Source of the DNA: Anaerolineae bacterium
Lineage (GTDB): Bacteria; Chloroflexota; Anaerolineae; Fen-1058
Direction of reading: 5' to 3'
Length of the DNA stretch: 64,000 nt
Assembly (NCBI GenBank): GCA_041300525.1
Contig: JBGLNJ010000001.1
Span: 149,735-213,734, forward strand
Under the pieces are notes generated by a model. It searched no databases and was not told the origin of the DNA. It was given only the letters and a program-made list of their open reading frames with translations. Below, piece by piece: positions 56,715 to 64,000 of the stretch; the stretch's first letter is position 1, and every line of letters starts with the position of its first letter. Position numbers and translations under genes: made by a program.

Positions 56715-57674
56715 CTACTGCCTTTTGATCCGCCACACCGCGCCGACCGGATAGCCCATCATCTTGGCAATGTCGCCCACGACCCGGATGACGGGCACGA
56801 GCAATGCAGCCTGGATTTTCTCCACGCTGCTCAACTTGCCCCATATCGCCGCCAGGCGACGGTACGGCGTGCGCGTATAAGCCGCCGCGCCGACGACGCA
56901 CAACGTCCACCACCACGGCGAAAGCAGCGCGCCCAGCAGCGCAATCGCGGGCGCGGCGACGAGAAAAGTCAAGTAGCGGATTGCGTGACGGCGGCGAAAC
57001 AGATCGGCTTTGCCATCGCCGCGCGCGTACTGGTAATATTGCCGGAAGAACGCGCGCAAGCTGCCGCGAGGGCGAAAGTGCGCGATGGCTCTTGGCGCAA
57101 ACGCAAACGGCGCGAACTGGTCGCGCAACGCGAAATCAAACACCAGGTCTTCGCAATAGTCCAGCCATTCGGGATAACCGCCCACCGCTTGCCACGCCTC
57201 TTTGCGAAATGCCACAGACCGGCTGGACGGCAGAAAGGTCTCCGGGCGAATCTCGTCCGGTTGCGGCAGCACCGTCGCGCCCATCGCCACTTCGAACGCC
57301 GTATGCGGGTCGGGCAAAAAGAATCCCGCCACCACCTTGATCCCAAAACTCCCCTCTCCAACTTTAAACGGCGCGACCAGTTCTTGCAGCCATGCCGGCG
57401 CCAGCGTGACGCCGGCATCCGTGCACGCAATCACCTCGCCCGCCGCCTCGGCAATCGCGGCGTTGCGGCCCTGGCTGATGTTCGCGCCGGGCCGGAGGAT
57501 GACCTTGAGCGGCAGCCGGGTTTCCGCGCGCAAAGCATCCAGCGTGCCATCCGTCGAGCCGCCGTCGCACACCACGACCTCGTCGGGCGCGCAGGTCTGC
57601 GCCGCCAGCGAGTCGAGCAGGCGATGGATGCTTTCGCCCTCGTTCTTGACGGTGACAACAACTGAGATTCGCAT
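56715..57674 (-). CDS. Family 2 glycosyltransferase with C-terminal TM helices
   Basis: ISVVVTVKNEGESIHRLLDSLAAQTCAPDEVVVCDGGSTDGT and the DAG motif (CTDAGV). Confidence 0.85.
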   Translation of the reverse strand: MRISVVVTVKNEGESIHRLLDSLAAQTCAPDEVVVCDGGSTDGTLDALRAETRLPLKVILRPGANISQGRNAAIAEAAGEVIACTDAGVTLAPAWLQELVAPFKVGEGSFGIKVVAGFFLPDPHTAFEVAMGATVLPQPDEIRPETFLPSSRSVAFRKEAWQAVGGYPEWLDYCEDLVFDFALRDQFAPFAFAPRAIAHFRPRGSLRAFFRQYYQYARGDGKADLFRRRHAIRYLTFLVAAPAIALLGALLSPWWWTLCVVGAAAYTRTPYRRLAAIWGKLSSVEKIQAALLVPVIRVVGDIAKMMGYPVGAVWRIKRQ

Positions 57675-57722
57675 TGTTTAGCCTTGCGTTTTGTGGTATC
57701 CTTTTCTGCATGAGGTGGAACA

Positions 57723-57953
57723 ATGGAAACCCATGTTACTTCTAATGGACGGATAGTCATCCCGGCCCTAATGCGACGCAGGCTGGGCATCCAAGATGAT
57801 ACTCGCATCCACATTGAACTGGATGAACAATCTCATAGGATAATCCTGACGCCCATCACACGAGAGTATGTCCATCACCTGCGCGGCAAGTATAAGAGCA
57901 AAGGCATACTCAAAGCACTGATGGCTGAGAAAAAACGTGAGAGAGCAGCGTGA
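57723..57953 (+). CDS. AbrB/MazE/SpoVT-family antitoxin-like DNA-binding protein (no cognate toxin gene)
   Basis: SNGRIVIPALMRRRLGIQDDTRIHIELDEQSHRIILTPI is a swapped-hairpin barrel signature. GAGGTG RBS. TGgTATCCT extended -10 at 57694-57702. Confidence 0.7.
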   Translation: METHVTSNGRIVIPALMRRRLGIQDDTRIHIELDEQSHRIILTPITREYVHHLRGKYKSKGILKALMAEKKRERAA

Positions 57954-57986
57954 CAATGATAATGACAGGGCTCCCCGCCAAACCCT

Positions 57987-59603
57987 CTACGCTTTTTCAC
58001 CTCGCACGCCGAGCAATCTGTGAACCAGGCGATCCACATCACTCTCTAGCTTGGCGACTGGGTCGAGTTCGTCCTTTGCTTTTAGATCGTGAAGAGACTT
58101 GGAAAGCTGCGCGAGTTTCTGGTGCAGTTTGTTTTTGGAATCGAATTTAGGAATGCCAACGTGACTCATCACCGAGGGCGCGCCAAAGCCTCTGCCGGCC
58201 GAAGAATAGGATTTGATGAACTCTCTGACCGCCGTCGAGTTGATGACCGCGCAAAGGTAGTGAGCTTCGCTCTCATTCTCGGCAGCAAATAGAGAAGTGG
58301 TATCTGTCGGGATGATGATCTTGTACCCGAACGGCGTCTTGTGTTGAGCAATGACCGCCGCAACCATGTCGCTTGCCATGCGCTTCCAGACAACCTTGTA
58401 ACGGGCGACCGTATATGGCCCGATGCCGAACATCGCATAGAATGCCGTTCGTTCAGCAAATTGACGGACGGTTTTCGATCCTCGCGACAAGAGAACATCC
58501 TTAAACCTTGTCAGATACCCGAACGTTCGAGGCCAACTTTCTTTCATCTGGTATTCGGGATAGGGTTCGCTCTTCTTGGGGTCTTGGCACATCAAAACGC
58601 AAATTTGTGGAGTAGCTTTCCATCGTTCAATGTCTGAGCCGCGAACAGCGGGGAAGACAAGCCCAGATTCGACTCTTTCTTCCACCTGTTGGACATGTCG
58701 TTTTCCCTTTTCTACAAGGTTGCGGACAAGCAAGTCACCATTGGCAAACACTTGCTTGACCTCAAGCCAGAAAACACCATACGGTTCTACTCTTGCGCCG
58801 AGACGCGCCAGGTATGGATTCTCTCCACTGAGGACATCGAAACCCTTCTGCGTTTTGCTAACTGTCTGCCAAGAACTGGTAAGCGTTCCTATCGGTCGAG
58901 CCAGCAACTTTTTCTTCTGAAGCAGCGGGAGTGCTTCTTCCAATGTCAGGTCAGTCGCAATCTTGCCGACGCCCTTTTTCCTTGCCCACAGCGTATACGA
59001 AACCGGATACTTGGTCTTGTGCCCCTTTTTCAAAATGATGGCAGCCGTTTTGTTGGCGGCTCCTTCAAACGGCTGCACAGCAACCAGGTCGTGGGCCTTG
59101 ATGACTTGGAGCGGCTCGCGGTCGCCAAGCTGAAATCTGCGGAAGCCTTCGCCCGCGCCCTTGGACTTGAAAACCTCTTGGGTGATGAGAAACCCAAGCG
59201 TGGCGCCCTTCTTGAGGTAGTAATCCGCTACCGCGTAAGTAAAGAGCATCGAAAAATCCTTTTCCCCCCCACCCAGGCGCGCGGCATGTCCCTTCAAAGA
59301 AAACAGCCCGTAATCTTTCCACATAGCCAGTGTTGCATCGCGGTACTCTTGTGAAAGATAGCCCCACCGAATCCAGGGTGGATTTCCGACCACAAAATCA
59401 AATTGGCCTGCCATCATTGGCGCAAAGGCGTTTTTGAGGAAACGTGCCCAAATGCCATTCTTGCCCTGCTTCTCTAATTCCAGGATTTCACTGTAAAAGC
59501 ACTGCACAACCACCTCGTGAGGCGCAAATACCAAACCATCCTTTTTGAAACGCGCTATCGCCTCAGAGACCGTGTAGCCTTGCTTTGTCATCTCCTCTAT
59601 CAA
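57987..59603 (-). CDS. N6-adenine DNA methyltransferase (gamma class, TaqI/Eco57I-like), apparently 5'-truncated
   Basis: FDFVVGNPPWIRW (motif IV) lies only about 80 aa from the ORF start. I see no AdoMet motif I (xDPxxGxGxF) upstream. The C-terminal part looks like a TaqI_C-type target recognition domain. The region is AT-rich. Confidence 0.65.
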   Translation of the reverse strand: MIEEMTKQGYTVSEAIARFKKDGLVFAPHEVVVQCFYSEILELEKQGKNGIWARFLKNAFAPMMAGQFDFVVGNPPWIRWGYLSQEYRDATLAMWKDYGLFSLKGHAARLGGGEKDFSMLFTYAVADYYLKKGATLGFLITQEVFKSKGAGEGFRRFQLGDREPLQVIKAHDLVAVQPFEGAANKTAAIILKKGHKTKYPVSYTLWARKKGVGKIATDLTLEEALPLLQKKKLLARPIGTLTSSWQTVSKTQKGFDVLSGENPYLARLGARVEPYGVFWLEVKQVFANGDLLVRNLVEKGKRHVQQVEERVESGLVFPAVRGSDIERWKATPQICVLMCQDPKKSEPYPEYQMKESWPRTFGYLTRFKDVLLSRGSKTVRQFAERTAFYAMFGIGPYTVARYKVVWKRMASDMVAAVIAQHKTPFGYKIIIPTDTTSLFAAENESEAHYLCAVINSTAVREFIKSYSSAGRGFGAPSVMSHVGIPKFDSKNKLHQKLAQLSKSLHDLKAKDELDPVAKLESDVDRLVHRLLGVRGEKA

Positions 59604-59615
59604 GGGCGCAGCTCT

Positions 59616-61226
59616 TTAGATCACGTCGTCATCGCTCGCAACTATACTTACATGTGTTCCGAACCGGGTCAGGGCCTCATCAAGCAAGATTGCCAGGAGC
59701 AAGGTTTGAAGCGGGTGGTGGTAGCCTCGTGCTCGCCGCGCATGCACGAGCCGACGTTCCGCAAGGCCGCGCACGAAGGCGGAGTCAATCCTTATCGAGT
59801 GGAGATGGCGAACATCCGCGAGCAGTGCTCGTGGGTTCACAAGGATCGCGCCGAAGGGACGCAAAAGGCCAAGGCATTGATCGCCTCGGCTGTGGCCAAG
59901 GCGACCTGGTTGGAGCCATTGGAAGAACGCCAGGTAGGCGTCACGCCGGGGACCGTCATCATCGGCGGAGGCGTGGCAGGGCTGGTCGCCGCGCTCGACG
60001 TGGCCGACGCCGGTTTCCCCGCTCATATCGTCGAACAGAGCGATCACCTGGGCGGGCGCGTGGCCGACCTCAACCGCACCTTCCCGGAACTGGAGCCGGT
60101 CTCTGCGTGGCTGCCGTCGGTCATCGAGCGCGTTCAGGCGCACCCGAACATCACGGTGTACCTGGATACGCGCGTCGCAGAAGTCGAGGGATTTGTTGGA
60201 AATTTCAAGGTAAAAGTCGGCAAGCTTCCCGAAAGCTCGGAGATTTCGGGAAGCTCCACACTCAACGTGGGCACGATCATCGTCGCCACCGGCTACAATG
60301 TCTTTGACCCGCAGCGCAAGCCCGAGTTTGGCTATGGGCAGTACCCGCAGGTGATGACCACGCTGGAATTGGAGAAACGGCTGGCCGAGGGCAATTTGAC
60401 CATCAACGGCAAAACACCTCAAGACATCGCCTTTATCAAGTGCGTCGGCTCGCGCGATGTGCAACTGGGCAACCCGTATTGCTCGCGCGTGTGCTGCATG
60501 GTCAGCGCCAAGCAGTCCCAGTTGCTCCGCGAGCAACTGCCCGATTCGCGCGTGACGGTCTTTTACACGGACGTGCGCACCTTTGGCAAGCGAGGCGAGG
60601 AATTTTACGACGAGGCGCGGCAGTCAGGCGTGCTCTACCGCCGGGGCAACGTCTCCGAAATCTATCGCAAGGGCGATCGCGTGGCGCTGCGCGTGGAAGA
60701 CACGTTCCTGCGGCGTGTCATCGAGCACGAGGCCGACCTGGTGGTGTTGGCAGTGGGGATGGAGCATCAAGCGGATGCAAAAGATGTTGCATCGCTGCTG
60801 AAACTTTCTCGCTCGGCAGACGGATTCTTCCTGGAAGCTCACCCCAAATTGCGGCCTGTGGACACGGCGATGGAGGGCGTCTTTCTGGCCGGCTGCTGCC
60901 AGGGTCCCAAGGACATCCCCGATACCGTCGCCCAGGCCAAAGCGGCGGCCTCGTCTGCCCTCATCCCGCTCCTCCGGGGCACGGTGCCGGTGGAATCGGC
61001 CACGGCCATCGTGGACTCGGATCTGTGCGCCGGGTGCGGGCTGTGCGTGGATGTGTGCCCCTACGGCGCGCCTGCGCTCGATCCGCTGTGGGGCGTCTCG
61101 GTCGTGAACGCGGTGCTCTGCAAAGGCTGCGGCACCTGCGCCGCCGTCTGCCCCTCCAAAGCGATGCGTCTCCAGCATTTCACTCCCGAGCAAATCCTGG
61201 CGCAGGTGGATGCGCTGGTGTGGTGA
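59616..61226 (+). CDS. HdrA-like FAD/Fe-S oxidoreductase, 5'-truncated
   Basis: LDHVVIARNYTYMCSEPGQGLIKQDCQEQGLKRVVVASCSPRMHEPTFRK...NIREQCSWVH, FAD fold VIIGGGVAGLVAALDVADAG, and C-terminal CAGCGLCVDVCPYG / CKGCGTCAAVCPSK. The usual N-terminal ~35 aa (CHCG cluster segment) is missing. The upstream part of the track ORF is antisense to the methylase. Confidence 0.7.
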   Translation, partial: LDHVVIARNYTYMCSEPGQGLIKQDCQEQGLKRVVVASCSPRMHEPTFRKAAHEGGVNPYRVEMANIREQCSWVHKDRAEGTQKAKALIASAVAKATWLEPLEERQVGVTPGTVIIGGGVAGLVAALDVADAGFPAHIVEQSDHLGGRVADLNRTFPELEPVSAWLPSVIERVQAHPNITVYLDTRVAEVEGFVGNFKVKVGKLPESSEISGSSTLNVGTIIVATGYNVFDPQRKPEFGYGQYPQVMTTLELEKRLAEGNLTINGKTPQDIAFIKCVGSRDVQLGNPYCSRVCCMVSAKQSQLLREQLPDSRVTVFYTDVRTFGKRGEEFYDEARQSGVLYRRGNVSEIYRKGDRVALRVEDTFLRRVIEHEADLVVLAVGMEHQADAKDVASLLKLSRSADGFFLEAHPKLRPVDTAMEGVFLAGCCQGPKDIPDTVAQAKAAASSALIPLLRGTVPVESATAIVDSDLCAGCGLCVDVCPYGAPALDPLWGVSVVNAVLCKGCGTCAAVCPSKAMRLQHFTPEQILAQVDALVW

Positions 61227-61227
61227 T

Positions 61228-61333
61228 ATTGACAACTGGACAAAGTTGCGGTAGGCTTACCACCGATAGGCCATAACACCTGTCGGTTTTTTATTGGCTT
61301 GACAAGCCGGTAGAGTTGCAGTAGGCTTACAAT
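61228..61333 (+). repeat. Two ~35-bp promoter-like direct repeats flanking a terminator hairpin
   Basis: R1 is TTGACAACTGGACAAAGTTGCGGTAGGCTTACCA (61228-). R2 is TTGACAAGCCGGTAGAGTTGCAGTAGGCTTACAA (61298-). Each reads as TTGACA, 17 nt, TAGGCT. Between them lies CCGATAGG-ccataaca-CCTGTCGG followed by TTTTTT (61262-61291). Confidence 0.6.
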
Positions 61334-61401
61334 CACCTTGCCGCCGCCATGTCCCCCACGGTGGTCGAGGCCGCCAGGCATCCCATGTGAGGAGAATAAA
61401 C

Positions 61402-62193
61402 GTGAGCATAGACCTATCCGCACCTAATCCCGGTCGCGTGTACGACTATTTGCTCGGTGGCACACACAATTTTCCAGCCGACCGTGAATTCGGCGATCAG
61501 ATCAAGCAAGTGCTGCCCGGCTACGACGTGGGCGCGCAGCGCGGACGGCAATGTCTGTGCAAGGCTGTGGACTATTTGGCTCGAAGCGGATACAAGTATT
61601 TCTTAGACTTTGCTTCCGGCTTGCCCACGCTGGATAATGTGCACATTGTCGCGCGCGCCATTCATCCTGATGCGCGCGTCATCTACTCCGATATTGATCC
61701 GCTCACGATGGCATACGCGCTCGAAATTCTGGGCCAGACACTCCAGGTGCGCTACATCCATTGTGATGCCGCCGAACCGGAAGAGATGCTGGAAAGCTTG
61801 ACGCTGGCCGAATTGTTTGGGACACAACGGCGAGTTGCGATCACCTTCATGGGCATTTCGCATTTCCTTTCCGGCGCCACGCTGCGCCGCGCGTTGCGCG
61901 TCATGTACGACTGGGCGGCGTCTCCCAGCCGGCTCGTGGTAGGGTTCGTGGCGCCCAGCACCACCGAAATCACGCTGTCCACCAAGCGCCTCCTCGATGT
62001 TTACGACCGCACATTGCACACCACGCTTCAACTGCGCACGCCGGCGGAAGTGACAGCGCTGGCCGGCCAATGGCGCGTTTGCGATCCGGGCGTGCTGCCC
62101 TACGATGTCTACCTGGGCGCGACGGGCACCCAGCAATTGACCGATCCGGCGATCACCAACATTCGAGGGCATGTGGCGTTCTTTGAAAAGTAG
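61402..62193 (+). CDS. SAM-dependent methyltransferase, Methyltransf_19 (DUF574) family
   Basis: PGRVYDYLLGGTHNFPADRE...FLDFASGLPTLDNVHIVARAIHPDARVIYSDIDP. GTG start with GAGGAG 7 nt upstream. Confidence 0.75.
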   Translation: MSIDLSAPNPGRVYDYLLGGTHNFPADREFGDQIKQVLPGYDVGAQRGRQCLCKAVDYLARSGYKYFLDFASGLPTLDNVHIVARAIHPDARVIYSDIDPLTMAYALEILGQTLQVRYIHCDAAEPEEMLESLTLAELFGTQRRVAITFMGISHFLSGATLRRALRVMYDWAASPSRLVVGFVAPSTTEITLSTKRLLDVYDRTLHTTLQLRTPAEVTALAGQWRVCDPGVLPYDVYLGATGTQQLTDPAITNIRGHVAFFEK

Positions 62194-62194
62194 C

Positions 62195-62250
62195 GCGTAT
62201 TGCGTACTGCGTATTCCGTATGGCGAGTCTGTCCAATCTGCAATCAAAAA
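62195..62250. repeat. Two adjacent heptanucleotide arrays
   Basis: GCGTATT GCGTACT GCGTATT CCGTATG (62195-62222), then TCCAATC TGCAATC AAAAAGC (62232-62252). Confidence 0.75.
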
Positions 62251-62279
62251 GCAGGTGAAGCACGGCAACCCAGGTCGTG

Positions 62280-62871
62280 ATGCCTCAATTGGGTGAAAGC
62301 GTAATCGAAGGCAAAGTGAGCCGGTGGCTCAAGCAGGAAGACGACGCGGTCAAGCAATATGAACCGATCCTCGAAATGGAAACCGACAAAGTGACGACCG
62401 AGGTCACGGCGGCGGACAGCGGCACGCCGCTGCGGATTCTCGCGGCGGAAGGCCGCGTCGTCAAGACTGGCACGCCATCGGCGTGGCCGTGTCGCTGGGC
62501 GAAGAAGGCTTGATCGTGCCCGTCGTCAAAGGCGCGGACGGCATGAGTTTGCTGGAGCTGGCCCGCGCGGTCAATGACCTGGCCGAGCGCGCAACAAGCA
62601 ACTCAAGCCCGACGACGTGGTGGGCAGCACGTTCACCATCACCAATCATGGCATATCGGGCAGCCTGTTCGCCGCGCCGATCATCAATCAACCCAATATT
62701 GGCCTCCTGGGCGTCGGCGCGATTCAAAAGCGCGTGGTCGTCATCGGCGACGCGATAGCGATCCGGCCCATGGTCTACATCGGGCTGACGTTCGACCATC
62801 GCGTACTCAATGGCACATCGGCGGATTGGTTCGTCGCCAAGATCAAAGAGGCGTTGGAGAAGTGGGCGTGA
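62280..62871 (+). pseudogene. 2-oxoacid dehydrogenase E2 (dihydrolipoamide acyltransferase) with a large internal deletion and a frameshift
   Basis: The lipoyl domain MPQLGESVIEGKVSRWLKQEDDAVKQYEPILEMETDKVTTEV is joined near 62470-62478 to the distal catalytic domain IGVAVSLGEEGLIVPVV. A frameshift near 62590-62620 precedes GSTFTITNHGISGSLFAAPIINQP...LTFDHRVLNG. Confidence 0.8.
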
Positions 62872-63152
62872 CCGATTCCGATTCGAACCGTCTGCCGGTC
62901 ATTGTCAAGCAGGCTATTGACGAAGCCGATCCCATTGGCCTATTGGCCATCGGTTGCCCTGACGACGAGTACGACCCAGAAATCGAGCGGGTGCTGACCT
63001 ATGTGAATAACTACACCGATCCGGATTCGCTGGGGCAGCGAATCCACCAGACTTTTGTAGAGATGTTTGACGAGCACATGGCTGGCTCGCCGCAAGTCTA
63101 CCAGAGTATCGCCCAACAGATTCACAAAAAGCGAACCGACGGGACATTCTGA
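62868..63152 (+). CDS. Small DUF1871-like protein
   Basis: IDEADPIGLLAIGCPDDEYDPEIERVL resembles the DUF1871 signature (DP.gL...aP.DEYd.E). GTG start overlapping the E2 stop (GTGA). Confidence 0.5.
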   Translation: MTDSDSNRLPVIVKQAIDEADPIGLLAIGCPDDEYDPEIERVLTYVNNYTDPDSLGQRIHQTFVEMFDEHMAGSPQVYQSIAQQIHKKRTDGTF

Positions 63153-63553
63153 TGCAAATTGACCGCAAGCGGCTTGCCGAGATTGCCCAACAGTTCGGGC
63201 TGGACTTGATCGTCCTGTTCGGCTCGCACGCTAAAGGTCGCGCTGTGCCACGCAGCGATGTTGATATTGCCGTGCGCGCAATCAAGCGACCTTGGGGTGA
63301 TTGGAATTGGGAATTTGCGGTTGCCGATGCATTGTCTATCGCTGTTAAAGCGGACGGCGGCGAAGTTGATGTTGCGTTTCTGAACGGCGCAGCGCCGCTC
63401 CTGATGTTCGAAGTCGCGCGGTCAGGCCAGGTTCTCTTTGAAAATGAATGGGGAACCTTTTCCGAGTTCCGGTCGTATGCCGCCCGCGTCTACTACGACA
63501 ATGAACCACGGTTCAAACGTCAGGCTCAATACCTGAAAGAGAGATTTGAATGA
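63152..63553 (+). CDS. mntA: MntA-type nucleotidyltransferase antitoxin
   Basis: The GSx10DxD motif is present in LFGSHAKGRAVPRSDVDIAV. The start overlaps the upstream stop (TGATG). Confidence 0.8.
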   Translation: MQIDRKRLAEIAQQFGLDLIVLFGSHAKGRAVPRSDVDIAVRAIKRPWGDWNWEFAVADALSIAVKADGGEVDVAFLNGAAPLLMFEVARSGQVLFENEWGTFSEFRSYAARVYYDNEPRFKRQAQYLKERFE

Positions 63554-64000
63554 TAGACGCAAGGATCGCCTACCTGGTTCAACAGAAACTTGGCAATCAG
63601 GCCGAGTACCTTGCCGAACTCAAGTCGTATGTCGCGTTGGAGTATGCGGACTATCGGCATCAGACCGGATATAATCGAGTGACCGAGCGATTGGTTCAGA
63701 TCATTGTCGAGAGCGCCATTGACATCAACGAAAAACTGATCGAGGCAATCAATGAGCCGCCGCCCGCAACGGCACGTGAGTCGTTTGAGGCGGTAAGCCG
63801 TTTTGGTGTGATAGATGACGAGTTATCAATGTCCTTTCGCAAAACCTACGTGGGGCTGCGGAATCACATCGTTCACGACTATGAAAAACTTGACGACTAT
63901 GTCGTATACTTTAATGCCCGACGGCTGCTGGACGACGCCACACGCTATATCGCCGCCGTCCGGCGCTTTATAGAGCAAAATCAAGACGCAACAGGAGAAT
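63550..64000 (+). CDS. hepT: HepT (DUF86/HEPN) toxin, 3' end beyond the window
   Basis: The Rx4HxY motif is present in GLRNHIVHDYEKLD. ATGA overlap with mntA. No stop before the window edge. Confidence 0.8.
   Translation, partial: MIDARIAYLVQQKLGNQAEYLAELKSYVALEYADYRHQTGYNRVTERLVQIIVESAIDINEKLIEAINEPPPATARESFEAVSRFGVIDDELSMSFRKTYVGLRNHIVHDYEKLDDYVVYFNARRLLDDATRYIAAVRRFIEQNQDATGE

Noticed and set aside
57950-58150. 66-aa ORF after the AbrB gene as the missing toxin (PIN/VapC)
   Set aside because: There are no PIN acidic-residue motifs. It is antisense to the well-supported methylase C-terminus and has an Arg/Trp-rich composition typical of a shadow frame.

Overview
High-GC bacterial chromosome segment. 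I infer a Chloroflexota-like origin from a Chlor_Arch_YYY/DUF2298 giant membrane protein, PT-linker secreted proteins, Tad-type pseudopilins and leaderless-looking promoters; this assignment is inference only. Left to right the window holds: (1) the end of a Tad/Flp pilus locus, with cpaB plus three oversized TadE/TadG-like pseudopilins (one with vWA, one with PA14 and PT linkers) and a secreted beta-rich protein. (2) A 1481-aa HhH + DUF2298 'YYY' membrane protein whose 3' end is cut by transposase remnants. (3) A visibly more AT-rich block of about 15 kb (GC judged by eye, not computed). It carries a GAF histidine kinase/NarL regulator pair and a family-5 ABC importer operon, with an AprA/AprB-like flavoprotein-ferredoxin pair embedded and a DUF3604-like hydrolase. 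(4) Housekeeping genes: comEC, glmS, a DUF512 radical-SAM gene, plsC, cmk fused to a methyltransferase, rluB, lysA and rpoC. (5) A gingipain-like C25 peptidase, a GH13 enzyme, ABC-2 permeases and a second histidine kinase. (6) A right-hand accessory region with an orphan AbrB antitoxin, a truncated N6-adenine methylase head-to-head with a truncated hdrA-like gene, an E2 acyltransferase pseudogene and an MntA/HepT toxin-antitoxin pair. Themes that run across the window: many decayed or illegitimately joined genes; a dispersed family of heptanucleotide tandem repeats found both inside genes and between them; perfect GC-rich hairpins; and recurrent extended -10 promoters (TGnTACAAT-like). No rRNA, intact tRNA or CRISPR array was seen. 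All family calls rest on motifs I recognised in the translations. No database search was run.
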